Sequence record: PQ567651.1
Direction: 5' to 3' (one strand)
DNA: 64,000 bases
From: Escherichia phage cardinal
A model generated the notes under the pieces. That model was not told the origin of the DNA, did not search any database, and worked only from the letters and a program-made list of their open reading frames with translations. Below, one piece after another: positions 36,149 through 45,627 of the stretch. Position 1 is the stretch's first letter. Every line of letters begins with the position of its first letter. The position numbers and the translations under genes were made by a program.

Positions 36149-36699
36149 TGTTTATTACAAGTGATTTGCATTTTATGCACAAACGTATCCGAGAGTTTGC
36201 TCCTGAATATCGCCCGTGGGAAGATATGGAGCATATGACAGAAGCACTGATCGAAGCATGGAATAAATGTGCCACAACACCAGGAGTAAAGATGTACCAT
36301 CTTGGGGACTTCTGTTTCGGGACTGAAGAAGATACCCGTAAGATTGCTTCCCGTCTCCAAGGGGATATTACTTACTGTGTTGGGAACCATGATTATAGTA
36401 AACACAGAAAAGTGCTTGCAGAGTATGGAGAAGTTGTGTATTATGACGAAGTGAAATATCAGAAGCTGTTCTTCGTCTTAAGCCATTACCCTATGGCTGC
36501 CTGGAATAAACAAGGGCATGGATCAATCATGCTACACGGACACTCTCACGGATCATTCCCTGATCATTTGTATGGGAAAATGTTGGATGTTGGTTGGGAT
36601 GCACACGGGAAAATCTTGCATTTTGACGAAATCATCTCTATTATGGATAAGCGTGATATTGTTGTTGTAGACCATCATAAGATAATCAAAGGAGATTAA
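36148..36699 (+). CDS. calcineurin-like metallophosphoesterase (candidate RNA 2',3'-phosphate healing enzyme)
   Basis: 183 aa with SDLHF, GDFCFG, GNHD and HGHSHG, the canonical metallophosphoesterase motifs. Confidence 0.7.
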   Translation: MFITSDLHFMHKRIREFAPEYRPWEDMEHMTEALIEAWNKCATTPGVKMYHLGDFCFGTEEDTRKIASRLQGDITYCVGNHDYSKHRKVLAEYGEVVYYDEVKYQKLFFVLSHYPMAAWNKQGHGSIMLHGHSHGSFPDHLYGKMLDVGWDAHGKILHFDEIISIMDKRDIVVVDHHKIIKGD

Positions 36700-36700
36700 G

Positions 36701-37633
36701 GTGGCTAAGTTCAATTGTGATGACCTGATTGCAAAAGGTTTAGTGCATAAAAAAGAAGTTAAATCTGGAGAGTATGCTGGTCTTGCTGTGCTTAAATACA
36801 AAAACAATGTATTCTGGGATAATTTGTGGAACGTTGACAAACGACTTTTAGATTGTCGTGGGTTGGTTGTTGACTCAGAAGATAATGTTGTTATTTGGCC
36901 TTTTACTAAAATCTTTAATCGTTTTGAAAATGGTACAGATCTTCCAGCAGACGAAATTGTAGATGCTGTCCGTAAAGTAAACGGTTTTATGGCATCTGTA
37001 GGTGTGTACAAAGGGAAACTTGTTGTATCAACAACAGGGAGCCTAGAATCAGATTTCGCAATTATGGCAAAGAACCGTATTGTTTCCGAGTGTGACGACA
37101 TAGAGTATTTCATTAAGTGGACAGAGAGTGCAAAAGCAACTTTTCTTTTTGAAATCTGTGATCCTTCTGATCCACATATTGTCGAAGAAGAACCAGGCGC
37201 ATACTTAATTGGAGCAAGAATTCAAAATCTTGATGGAACAAGTTTCATGTTACCTGAAGGTGTTCTTGATGGGATTGCATCTATTACAAAGTTTAAACGT
37301 CCTGAAGTTTATCCGATGATTAAATTTTCAGATGTTGTTGAAATGTCTAAACATTGTAAACACGAAGGGTTTGTTGTTCGTGAAACAAACTATCCGTTTA
37401 ACTTACTCTTAAAGATTAAGTCACCATACTATCTTGCTAAGAAGTTCCTTATGCGTGGTGGCAATAAGAAGTGGGATATGATTTGGGACAACCCAAACAA
37501 TGCTAAACAAATTGTTGACGAAGAATATTATACTTTGTTAGAATGGCTTCGAAATAACTTTACGAAGGTTCAATGGGCTGCTCTAGATCCACAAGAGCGA
37601 CGTAAAGAAATAGAAAACTTCTTTGGAGGCTAA
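36701..37633 (+). CDS. ATP-dependent RNA ligase (Rnl-like nucleotidyltransferase)
   Basis: 310 aa; ligase motif I KVNG (RKVNGFM), motif III FLFEIC, motif IV EGFVVR, motif V LLLKIKSPYY. Confidence 0.55.
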   Translation: MAKFNCDDLIAKGLVHKKEVKSGEYAGLAVLKYKNNVFWDNLWNVDKRLLDCRGLVVDSEDNVVIWPFTKIFNRFENGTDLPADEIVDAVRKVNGFMASVGVYKGKLVVSTTGSLESDFAIMAKNRIVSECDDIEYFIKWTESAKATFLFEICDPSDPHIVEEEPGAYLIGARIQNLDGTSFMLPEGVLDGIASITKFKRPEVYPMIKFSDVVEMSKHCKHEGFVVRETNYPFNLLLKIKSPYYLAKKFLMRGGNKKWDMIWDNPNNAKQIVDEEYYTLLEWLRNNFTKVQWAALDPQERRKEIENFFGG

Positions 37634-38038
37634 ATGAAACAACTTATCATTTTACGTGGTGTTTCAGGCGCAGGTAAATCTACAGTAGCAGAAATTATTT
37701 CTGAAGGTTATTGGCCTATCTGTGAGGCAGATCAATATCATTACACAGAAAACGGTGTTTACGATTGGAAGCCAGAAAATGTAGGTAAAGCACACTCATG
37801 GTGTCAGAGTATTGTTCGTGATGCTATGGCATCTAATATTAAAAAGATTATTGTCTCTAACACTTCAACCACAGAGAAAGAACTTAAACCTTATTTTACT
37901 ATTGCTGAAGAGTTTGGTTATCAAGTTATCTCTTTAGTTGTTGAAAATAGGCACGGTAACGACTCAATTCATGAGGTTCCACAACATATTCGTGATCAGC
38001 AAGAGAAACGTCTTCGCAGTTCACTTAAGCTACAATAA
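37634..38038 (+). CDS. polynucleotide 5'-kinase (T4 Pnk kinase-domain-like P-loop protein)
   Basis: 134 aa; MKQLIILRGVSGAGKSTVAEII and KIIVSNTSTTEKELKPYFTIAEEFGYQVISLVVE recall the T4 Pnk kinase domain (MKKIILTIGCPGSGKST...GVIISDTNLNPERR...EYGWKVEHKVFD) as I remember it. Confidence 0.6.
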   Translation: MKQLIILRGVSGAGKSTVAEIISEGYWPICEADQYHYTENGVYDWKPENVGKAHSWCQSIVRDAMASNIKKIIVSNTSTTEKELKPYFTIAEEFGYQVISLVVENRHGNDSIHEVPQHIRDQQEKRLRSSLKLQ

Positions 38039-38047
38039 GGAGAGTGT

Positions 38048-38368
38048 ATGGAAATTTATTCTGGTGAAGGTAAGTATTTTACAGTAGTCGATAATGGTGA
38101 AATTATTATTTATCGCTACGGAAGTGAGTGGAGGAACGAGACAGGAGACGGCTATATCTTATCTTTGCTCAGTTTGATTAATGATCTTACGGAAGAACTT
38201 GAAGAAACAAAACGTTCGTATGATGATCAAGTAGATTCATTAGAAAACATTATTTCAGATCTAAACGAAGAAGTTTCTTGTTTGAATGAACAAGTTTCAG
38301 AATTAACACTGGAATGTGAAGATTTAGGTGATGTTATTGCAGATTTAAATGAACGTCTTAAGGATTAA
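38048..38368 (+). CDS. hypothetical acidic coiled-coil protein
   Basis: 106 aa. Confidence 0.4.
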   Translation: MEIYSGEGKYFTVVDNGEIIIYRYGSEWRNETGDGYILSLLSLINDLTEELEETKRSYDDQVDSLENIISDLNEEVSCLNEQVSELTLECEDLGDVIADLNERLKD

Positions 38369-38371
38369 TAT

Positions 38372-38596
38372 ATGAGTACAGCTATCTATGTTAAAGGTGT
38401 AAGCGAAGATCAACAAATGTTATTCTCATTTGGTGAGAATACTGAAATGGAAGATATGTTTAATGATATCCTTGATGCCCTTTCTTCGGAAGGGTTCACA
38501 ATGATTACATACTTTATGGCAACATCTTCTGAATACGTTGATACAGATCTTGAAGACTTAATGGAAGAAATTCAAACTCTTGTGTATAATTGGTAA
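38372..38596 (+). CDS. hypothetical protein
   Basis: 74 aa. Confidence 0.35.
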   Translation: MSTAIYVKGVSEDQQMLFSFGENTEMEDMFNDILDALSSEGFTMITYFMATSSEYVDTDLEDLMEEIQTLVYNW

Positions 38597-38793
38597 GGGT
38601 AACTATGACATTTATTGAAGAACTAACGAGAATTGCAAACGCACCTAACAGTAGCGAAGATCCTTACTTTATGGTGGATGATTACACTGGTGGTAATATT
38701 GATGATGCCTATGAACTAGGCAGACTACACGGTGAAATTGAAATGGCTAAATGGGTTCTTTCGCAACTGGAGGTTAAAGATGAAACAAACTAA
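38590..38793 (+). CDS. hypothetical protein
   Basis: 67 aa; start uncertain. Confidence 0.3.
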   Translation: MVRVTMTFIEELTRIANAPNSSEDPYFMVDDYTGGNIDDAYELGRLHGEIEMAKWVLSQLEVKDETN

Positions 38794-39895
38794 TCCTACA
38801 TTATACGGCAAAACTTCTACAGGTAAAATTAAACAATGGTCAGTCTATACCGAAGGTAGTGTTGTAACTGTTGCTCATGGTCAATTAGGTGGAAAGATTA
38901 CTAGCAAATCTTATACAGCAGAACCTAAAAATATTGGTCGCTCAAATGAAACAACAGCAGAAGAACAAGCTGAAATAGAAGCTCTTGCCAAATGGACAAA
39001 GCAACTTAAGAGTGGGTATTATAAAACAAAAGAGGAAGCTGAAAATCATGTTCCTTCCACACCCATGAAATGTCAGGATTATAAAGATTATGCTGATCGT
39101 GTTTTGTTCCCAGGTTATGCACAATATAAATTGAATGGTCTACGTTCAATGATTAACATGCAAGGTGAATGTTTATCTAAAGCTGGGGAGGTATATAAAC
39201 TTCCACCTCACTGGGAAGAAATTCCAACCTTCATTAAAGAAGTAGTTGGTCATCCTCTTGACGGTGAAGTTTTTGCTGGTTTGGGTGTCCTTAGCCTTCA
39301 ACAAATTAATAGTGCGTGGAAAAAGCATAATGCTAACACACCACTTCTTAAATACTATGTATATGATGTTCCTGTGGCATCTGTACCATTTGAGAAGAGG
39401 GTTCAAGTTTTGGCTGCGCTAAAAGAAGTTGTTGAAGATAAAGGTTTAGATGAACTTATTTGTGTAGTACATACAGAGTACATTGAAAACCAAGAACAGT
39501 TTGATGCTTTCTATGCAAAAGCTCTACGTGAGAAAGCGGAAGGTGTGGTGTATCGTAACGCACAAGGTGTTTACGAGTTTGATAAACGTTCTTATGATGT
39601 TATTAAACGTAAACCACGACAGACGCTTGAAGTTAAAGTGGTAAGTGCAAAGCGTGATAAAAATGGTGACGGGGTATTGACAGGCGAGATGGAAAATGGT
39701 AAAGTAGTCGAATTCCTGATGCGTAAGGATTCAGATGAAACCATTAACTATCGTAAAGCAGAAAATGCCGAAATGTTAATTGGTAAATTTGTTGAGATTG
39801 AGTATGAAGAGTTTTCCGATGGTGGAATACCTACGAAACCAACAGGTGTCCGTTTACGTAAGATGATTCCAGGTACTTGGGAACCAGCAGAGTAA
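38780..39895 (+). CDS. ATP-dependent DNA ligase
   Basis: ATG at 38780 after GGAGGT; motif I KLNGLR (KxNGxR), EGVVYR (motif IV), DVIKRKP (motif V). Confidence 0.75.
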   Translation: MKQTNPTLYGKTSTGKIKQWSVYTEGSVVTVAHGQLGGKITSKSYTAEPKNIGRSNETTAEEQAEIEALAKWTKQLKSGYYKTKEEAENHVPSTPMKCQDYKDYADRVLFPGYAQYKLNGLRSMINMQGECLSKAGEVYKLPPHWEEIPTFIKEVVGHPLDGEVFAGLGVLSLQQINSAWKKHNANTPLLKYYVYDVPVASVPFEKRVQVLAALKEVVEDKGLDELICVVHTEYIENQEQFDAFYAKALREKAEGVVYRNAQGVYEFDKRSYDVIKRKPRQTLEVKVVSAKRDKNGDGVLTGEMENGKVVEFLMRKDSDETINYRKAENAEMLIGKFVEIEYEEFSDGGIPTKPTGVRLRKMIPGTWEPAE

Positions 39896-39903
39896 GAGAT
39901 AAT

Positions 39904-40083
39904 ATGGTATTAGTAACAGTTCTTATGATGTTAATTGCTATTGCAATTATAATGTTAGCCTCGTTTCCAGTGGACAAATGGTACTGCAATTTTTGTAGAT
40001 TTGTTGTTTTCCTCTGTGCTGGGGTGTATATGGGCGAATCGGTAGTTCGCATTAGTGTTTTGTTAGAACAATATTTTAAATAA
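39904..40083 (+). CDS. small membrane protein
   Basis: Hydrophobic MVLVTVLMMLIAIAIIMLASF...; ORF track start 39877 is probably too far upstream. Confidence 0.4.
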   Translation: MVLVTVLMMLIAIAIIMLASFPVDKWYCNFCRFVVFLCAGVYMGESVVRISVLLEQYFK

Positions 40084-40092
40084 GGAGAAACA

Positions 40093-40815
40093 ATGATCGA
40101 GAATTTTTTCAAACAAGTAAAAGTGGACAATAGCTTCTTTATCAAAGCTGCCGATCAAATTGTTGCTTGGAATGCTAAGGCACGTGGTGGAGTAACCCCA
40201 GAATTTACTCAAGAGATGTTTGAAGCTCAACTTTCTTTTGTACGAGAAGAACTTAAAGAGTTTCAAGCAGCAGCACAGGAAAATGATCACGTTGAATTAC
40301 TTGATGCAGCAGCAGATATTTTTGTGGTAGCCTCCTACCTGGCATTTATGTTCTTTGGTAAAGAAGGTGTTGATAAAGCTCTGGAAATGCCGACAGGAGA
40401 TGTTCTGGCAGAAAACATTTACGATGTTATCATTGAATTTGATAAAATGGTAGAAAATGACTTGCAATTTGCCTTAATGTCTCTTACACTTACACGTATG
40501 GCACGAGATACTTTGGTGCGTTCTGTCTATAACGAGAAGAAGGTTATGCGTGAAGTGTTGAATAGCAATGAGTCCAAGTATCCTACCAAGAAGCAACTCC
40601 TGGCTATTTGGGAAACTAAGGATATTATTGAAGCTCTTGAAAAAGAGTGCGATGCTATCGAGATGCGAAGCAAAGATCGTGCAGAAGGTTCTTATACTGG
40701 GGTACATGCTGTATATAACGAAGTTCAAAAGGTGTACGTATTCTTTGATGACAAAGGTAAAATTATGAAACCATCTACCTTTGTTAAACCTAATATCGCA
40801 GCAATCATTGCTTAA
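40093..40815 (+). CDS. MazG-like nucleoside triphosphate pyrophosphohydrolase (tentative)
   Basis: 240 aa; EELKEFQAAAQENDHVELLDAAADIF resembles the all-alpha MazG/NTP-PPase EExxE...D pattern. Confidence 0.35.
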   Translation: MIENFFKQVKVDNSFFIKAADQIVAWNAKARGGVTPEFTQEMFEAQLSFVREELKEFQAAAQENDHVELLDAAADIFVVASYLAFMFFGKEGVDKALEMPTGDVLAENIYDVIIEFDKMVENDLQFALMSLTLTRMARDTLVRSVYNEKKVMREVLNSNESKYPTKKQLLAIWETKDIIEALEKECDAIEMRSKDRAEGSYTGVHAVYNEVQKVYVFFDDKGKIMKPSTFVKPNIAAIIA

Positions 40816-40832
40816 GAAATAAAGCCCCTTCG
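40811..40832 (+). terminator. rho-independent terminator
   Basis: AAAGCCCC-TTCG-GGGGCTTATT after the 40815 stop. Confidence 0.55.
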
Positions 40833-40851
40833 GGGGCTTATTGGAGGTATT

Positions 40852-41130
40852 ATGTTAACAGCAGAAGATATCTTTAAACACGGTTTGCGTCAGGTAATCA
40901 AATCCTTGAAGAATGCAGGTATTGAAGATATCACACAGGAAATTGTTGGTTTAGAAAAAGAAGGTAAGAGAACAGAGTTTAAGTTTTACACAGAAGAACA
41001 GTGGCTGAGTAATCCGCAAAACAAAGCTAATGAAGCTGTTAGTCTGTTTGGTAAATCTTATAAAGGATTTAAATATCCTGATCATATTGTCGAATATGAT
41101 GGTGTAAAATATTTTGTAGTTATTATTTGA
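40852..41130 (+). CDS. hypothetical protein
   Basis: 92 aa, RBS GGAGGT. Confidence 0.4.
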   Translation: MLTAEDIFKHGLRQVIKSLKNAGIEDITQEIVGLEKEGKRTEFKFYTEEQWLSNPQNKANEAVSLFGKSYKGFKYPDHIVEYDGVKYFVVII

Positions 41131-41140
41131 GGAGAAAACT

Positions 41141-42025
41141 ATGTTTGCTAAAAATTTCAAATCTTGCGTAACCCTGATTTCTGGTGATGGTCTGTCTATT
41201 TCCGCACTGAACACAGTAACAGACAAACCGCTGGATTTTGTTGTGGCACAGGGTCAACAAGCACATACCATTGGTCTTGTTCGTTTTGAAGATGATGGTT
41301 CCTATGTAAAAGTGTTCTCTGGTTTAGAGGTTATTAAAGTAGGGCAATCTGTTAAGAAAGTTAACAAGAAAAAAGTTAAACGCATTCTTAATGAAAAACT
41401 CCAAGAGATGGAACAAGAGTTTATTGCTGCAAATCCTACTAAAGAATTCTTCTTGGACAAAGAAAGTAAAAAAGCAATTGAGGCTGATATCGTGTTTTCT
41501 CTGCTCCCAGAAACAGAGGCAGATGATTTCTATAACTATGTTGTTGTAGACACTGAAAACAGTATTACCTACGTTCTTAATGGTTCTAAGAAAATTAGTG
41601 AAGATATTGCTGTATTTCTTCGTGAGGTGTTGGGTACTTTCCCAGTCCTGCCGTTTAGTGTACACGAAGAAGCCATTATTAAAGGTTTTGATACCATCTT
41701 AGAAGAACATGAGGCTGAACGACTGACCCTGGGTAATTATATTAAACTTGAAGATTCGGAAGGTGTGGTTGTATGGAGTAAAGAGTCCCTTTATGAATCT
41801 CGTGCAGTAGAACTTATGGAAGATGGTAAGCACGTCGTTGCCATTGGTCTGGAATATGACGGCTTCGTTAACTTTATTGTTGATAAAGAATTTAAGTTGA
41901 GTGGTATTAAATTCCCTAAATACTTTAATGATGAAGAAGGATCTTTTGAAGCATCTGTCCTTCTGTGCTTTAATGAAATCCGTGGTATTATGCAAGACCT
42001 TATCAAGTCAACTATTCAAAAATAA
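41141..42025 (+). CDS. RdgC-like recombination-associated protein
   Basis: 294 aa; IVFSLLPETEADDFYNYVVVDTENS and LGTFPVLPFSVHEE resemble E. coli RdgC segments as I remember them. Confidence 0.5.
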   Translation: MFAKNFKSCVTLISGDGLSISALNTVTDKPLDFVVAQGQQAHTIGLVRFEDDGSYVKVFSGLEVIKVGQSVKKVNKKKVKRILNEKLQEMEQEFIAANPTKEFFLDKESKKAIEADIVFSLLPETEADDFYNYVVVDTENSITYVLNGSKKISEDIAVFLREVLGTFPVLPFSVHEEAIIKGFDTILEEHEAERLTLGNYIKLEDSEGVVVWSKESLYESRAVELMEDGKHVVAIGLEYDGFVNFIVDKEFKLSGIKFPKYFNDEEGSFEASVLLCFNEIRGIMQDLIKSTIQK

Positions 42026-42028
42026 TAC

Positions 42029-42058
42029 TTGACTTACTAATTTAATATGTGTTAATAT
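42029..42058 (+). promoter_or_regulatory. sigma70-like promoter TTGACT-N18-TAATAT
   Basis: Read directly; followed by a strong hairpin and T-tract before the SD. Confidence 0.4.
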
Positions 42059-42086
42059 GCCTACCTACTCAGTTAGGTGGGCTTTT
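42059..42086 (+). terminator. rho-independent terminator/leader hairpin
   Basis: GCCTACCTA-CTCAGT-TAGGTGGGC followed by TTTT, immediately before AAGGAG and ATG at 42100. Confidence 0.5.
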
Positions 42087-42099
42087 AAGGAGACACACC

Positions 42100-42312
42100 A
42101 TGAAAAAACTTCTTGTCGGTTTACTTTTAGTAATCAGTTCTTATTCTTATGCTGGTCAAATAACTTTAATTAATTCTGGAGAACAAGTTTCTGGAAGTAC
42201 AAAATACTGTTTTTACTCTAACGGTATGTACGACAAGGTTATAGAGGTTTCTGCAAGTCGTCAGTGTCCCTACACACGAACATTCTCAACAGAGAGTTCA
42301 GATGATGAATAG
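42100..42312 (+). CDS. small secreted protein (signal peptide)
   Basis: MKKLLVGLLLVISSYSYAGQ... signal peptide; ORF track start 42049 lies upstream of the RBS. Confidence 0.45.
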   Translation: MKKLLVGLLLVISSYSYAGQITLINSGEQVSGSTKYCFYSNGMYDKVIEVSASRQCPYTRTFSTESSDDE

Positions 42313-42320
42313 GAGGTAAT

Positions 42321-43439
42321 ATTAGCGGTTACATTTTAATCCAACCGGAAGACCTGCACAAATATGTTGACGAGAACACAATTCTTGCAATAGACTACGA
42401 TCAAGTGGCGTTCCAAGCGGCTTCAGCTTTAGAACAAAGAAAAATCCACGCTGTACACAAGGCTTCCGGTAATGTAAAAGAGTTTGAAACAAGAACAGAT
42501 TTTTGGGGTAAATCTTCAAAAAATATTGGAGGATGGTTAGGAGCACTTAACGCGCAACGCGAAGCTGCTGGTAAGAAGTTGTTCTCCAAGGAAGATTTTG
42601 AAATAAAAGATGTTCAAATAGTCCCAGAGAATATTTCTTTTACGTTTCAAGCTGCAAAGACAAAAATAACCCAGATGGTGGATCACCTAAAACTTCAAAA
42701 GTATTGCGGTGTCATCGGGGTAGGAAAAACCTTCCGGCATTCTTTCAAAATGCCAAAAGAATATAAATCAGAACGATCAGATTTAAGACCAATCCAATTA
42801 TCAGATACTAAAGATTATCTAGTTGAAAAACATAACGGTGACGTTGTTACTGGTATTGAGGCAGATGATGCTTTAGAAATCTATGGATATGCAGGGTATA
42901 AAGCCTACAAGGAAACTGGTAAGTTTTCTCATATTGTAGCATCTATCGACAAAGATAGCTTACACACACCAAGTTTACTCTTTAACTTTTATAAAGAGGA
43001 TGGTGTTTATAAAAATCCTTGTGTTATTCTGATTGATGAATCTATCGGTGATATCTGGATCGTAGAAAAAGGTAAGAAAAAAGAAGTTAAGGGTTGGGGT
43101 AGTTACTGGTTAGCTTATCAAATGCTAATGGGCGATAAGACAGATAGTATTCGACCTTACCAAGATTTCGATGTTAAGTTTGGAGATATTACTTGCTTTA
43201 ATCTTATTTCCAAATGTAAAACACAGGCTGAACTTTTTCAGACAGTTAAAGATCAGTATTATGAATGGTTCCCAGATGGCGTTAAATTTACTTCTTGGGA
43301 TGGTGAAGAAGTAGAAATGACAACTGATGAATGGATAGAGACAATTTTTCAGTTGGTATATATGAAACGTTGGGCGAATGATGAAACAACTTTTGAAAGT
43401 ATGCTACAAGCATATATTTCAGAGCAGGAGGAACATTGA
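42321..43439 (+). CDS. rnh: RNase H / 5'-3' flap endonuclease (T4 rnh-like); start codon uncertain
   Basis: VTGIEADDALEIYGY is the GxEADD 5'-3' exonuclease motif; the conserved N-terminal TILAIDYDQVAFQAAS (compare T4 ICLIDFSQIALSTAL) lies upstream of the only canonical start, GTG 42405. Confidence 0.6.
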   Translation: MSGYILIQPEDLHKYVDENTILAIDYDQVAFQAASALEQRKIHAVHKASGNVKEFETRTDFWGKSSKNIGGWLGALNAQREAAGKKLFSKEDFEIKDVQIVPENISFTFQAAKTKITQMVDHLKLQKYCGVIGVGKTFRHSFKMPKEYKSERSDLRPIQLSDTKDYLVEKHNGDVVTGIEADDALEIYGYAGYKAYKETGKFSHIVASIDKDSLHTPSLLFNFYKEDGVYKNPCVILIDESIGDIWIVEKGKKKEVKGWGSYWLAYQMLMGDKTDSIRPYQDFDVKFGDITCFNLISKCKTQAELFQTVKDQYYEWFPDGVKFTSWDGEEVEMTTDEWIETIFQLVYMKRWANDETTFESMLQAYISEQEEH

Positions 43440-44398
43440 GTAAATTAACAGACGAACAGAAAGCCTTGATTGTATCTATGAAAGCACAAGGTTATTCTTC
43501 GCGTAAGATTGCACAAGAGGTGTTGGGAAGTTCTACTAAGAAGAGCACAGTAAATGATTACTTAGCTCGTGTAAATTCACCACATCGCGGTGCTCCGCAA
43601 GATAAAGGTGGGCCAGTAATTAAAATTATTGACGTAGAGACAGCACCGGAGATTGTGTATAGCTTCTCACGTTTCAAAGCCTTTATTGCACCTGAACAAG
43701 TTATTCGTCGAGGTTACTTGCTTTCCTATTCCTCTGCTGATTTAGAAACAGGGGAAGTAGAAGGTAAGAACCTTAGCAATTACCCTTTGTTTGACATAGA
43801 TCATACAGATGATTGGGAATTATGTCAAGATCTCTGGCACTTGCTTGATGATGCAGATATTGTGATCGCGCACAATGGTATTAAGTTTGATAAGGCTTAT
43901 ATTAACCAACGTTTTGCTTTTCACGGTATGGAGCCACCATCACATTACGTTGTAATTGATACACTCAAGGCAGCTAAGAAGCAGTTTGCACTACCTTCTA
44001 ATGCGATTAAAGAAATGTGTTTGTATTTTGATACAGAAAACTTTAAACTTGATAATGAAGGTTTTCCTTTGTGGAAAGCATGTTGTGAAGGAGATAGACA
44101 TGCCTTCTTCCGTATGCAAACATACAACGATGGTGATGTTGTTTCTCTTCGAGATCTTTACATCAAACTTCGTGCATGGATTCCACAACATCCTAACGTA
44201 TCTGCATTCTATGACGATGAAAAACTTCGTTGTCCTCGTTGCGGTAAAGAGCACCTTGAAGTTGTTCCTGGTAAGGTTTACACAACAGCGGTTAGTACAT
44301 TCCAAGTGCTAAGATGCACATCATGTAATAGCCTGTCTCGTGGACGTGTTAATTTGCGTAGCAAAGAGAAGCGTGTAAACACTGTTATTGGAATTTAA
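43436..44398 (+). CDS. DnaQ-like 3'-5' exonuclease with N-terminal helix-turn-helix and C-terminal zinc ribbon
   Basis: 320 aa; IIDVETAP (Exo I, DxE), HNGIKFD (Exo II), YNDGD (Exo III), CPRCG...CTSCN. Confidence 0.55.
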   Translation: MSKLTDEQKALIVSMKAQGYSSRKIAQEVLGSSTKKSTVNDYLARVNSPHRGAPQDKGGPVIKIIDVETAPEIVYSFSRFKAFIAPEQVIRRGYLLSYSSADLETGEVEGKNLSNYPLFDIDHTDDWELCQDLWHLLDDADIVIAHNGIKFDKAYINQRFAFHGMEPPSHYVVIDTLKAAKKQFALPSNAIKEMCLYFDTENFKLDNEGFPLWKACCEGDRHAFFRMQTYNDGDVVSLRDLYIKLRAWIPQHPNVSAFYDDEKLRCPRCGKEHLEVVPGKVYTTAVSTFQVLRCTSCNSLSRGRVNLRSKEKRVNTVIGI

Positions 44399-44402
44399 TA
44401 AA

Positions 44403-44428
44403 AAAGGGGCGAAAGCCCCTTTATTTTT
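44403..44428 (+). terminator. rho-independent terminator (repeated element AGGGGC-GAAA-GCCCCT)
   Basis: AAAAGGGGCGAAAGCCCCTTTATTTTT; same hairpin recurs at 55142. Confidence 0.6.
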
Positions 44429-44437
44429 GGAGGATTT

Positions 44438-44839
44438 ATGACTACAGCACTGGATATTCAAATTGATGGTGATCACTACAAACGTATGCGTATGCAACCT
44501 TTGGAACTTGCATATCTAATTGGTGCAACTCCTTGTTTCACTAAGTTAGCTAAGTATGCTTGTCGAAACAAAGGTGATCGTGTGATCAACCTAAACAAAG
44601 CGATTCACGTTATTCATATTGAAAAAGAATTAAGTGATAAGTATTACAATATGTTGTATGAAGCCTACCCTAACTTAAAAAATCCTGTAAAAATTGAGTT
44701 AGCTAATCAGCTAATTGATTTATACACAGACGATGATCTTGTTCGTAAGGCTTTAAAAGCAATGTACAAAGGTAAGTATATTGAAGCAGCAGATGCTATT
44801 GAAACATTGAAGGAGAGTGTAGATGGCTTCTCACGGTAA
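44438..44839 (+). CDS. hypothetical protein
   Basis: 133 aa, RBS GGAGGA. Confidence 0.4.
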   Translation: MTTALDIQIDGDHYKRMRMQPLELAYLIGATPCFTKLAKYACRNKGDRVINLNKAIHVIHIEKELSDKYYNMLYEAYPNLKNPVKIELANQLIDLYTDDDLVRKALKAMYKGKYIEAADAIETLKESVDGFSR

Positions 44840-45017
44840 ACAATACGGAGAGGGTGAAGTATATAAAATATACAATAAACGTGGAGATAAACTCCTATAT
44901 ACAATCACAATCCCAGAAAACATGTGTAAAGCTGGTTTAGACCGTATGCTTTTCTTTAAATATAACATTCCACCAGGAGATTATGTAGCTAAAAAGGTGA
45001 GCACTATTGGAAAATAA
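44823..45017 (+). CDS. hypothetical protein
   Basis: 64 aa. Confidence 0.3.
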   Translation: MASHGKQYGEGEVYKIYNKRGDKLLYTITIPENMCKAGLDRMLFFKYNIPPGDYVAKKVSTIGK

Positions 45018-45582
45018 AGAACCTAAAGTTATTTGGGGAGATGGAACACCTTGGAAAACTCAAGCAGCCTTTTATACATATTTAAGGGGTTGCTTAAGGA
45101 AAGCATGGGTGAGACACCCGAATAAAATAAAAAAGATCCAATCTGTACGATTTAAAGCGGATAGGTTGGATAAAGATGGAAATATAGTTTTAGATAAGAA
45201 AACAGGCAAACCGAAACAGGTTTGGAATTGTAAATGTGAATTGTGTGGACATACAGGAGGTATGAAAGACTTTCAAGTAGACCATATTAATGCAGCAGGT
45301 ACATTAACCTGTTATGAAGATATCCCAAGTTTTGTTTTACGCCTATTGTATGTAACAGAAGACGACCTGCGTGTAGTTTGTAAGCAGTGTAACGCTATCC
45401 TGGCTTATGCTGACAAGCACGATATGACATTCAGGGAAGCAAAAGCGGAGAAAGAAGCGATAGCTTTATGCCAATCTAAAAAGGATAAAAATTGGCTAAC
45501 GAAGCGCGGAATTTCACCAGAAAGTACAGTAAGTAAGCGAAGAAAACAAATAGTAAAAATTCTTCTTGACGAAGAGAAATAA
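45007..45582 (+). CDS. HNH endonuclease (free-standing)
   Basis: 191 aa; CKCELCGH...DHINAAG...CKQCN fits the HNH Cys/His/Asn pattern. Confidence 0.6.
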   Translation: MENKEPKVIWGDGTPWKTQAAFYTYLRGCLRKAWVRHPNKIKKIQSVRFKADRLDKDGNIVLDKKTGKPKQVWNCKCELCGHTGGMKDFQVDHINAAGTLTCYEDIPSFVLRLLYVTEDDLRVVCKQCNAILAYADKHDMTFREAKAEKEAIALCQSKKDKNWLTKRGISPESTVSKRRKQIVKILLDEEK

Positions 45583-45627
45583 TAAAGTATTATCGCTCCC
45601 ACAAATGGGAGCGTTAGAGGAGAAAAT

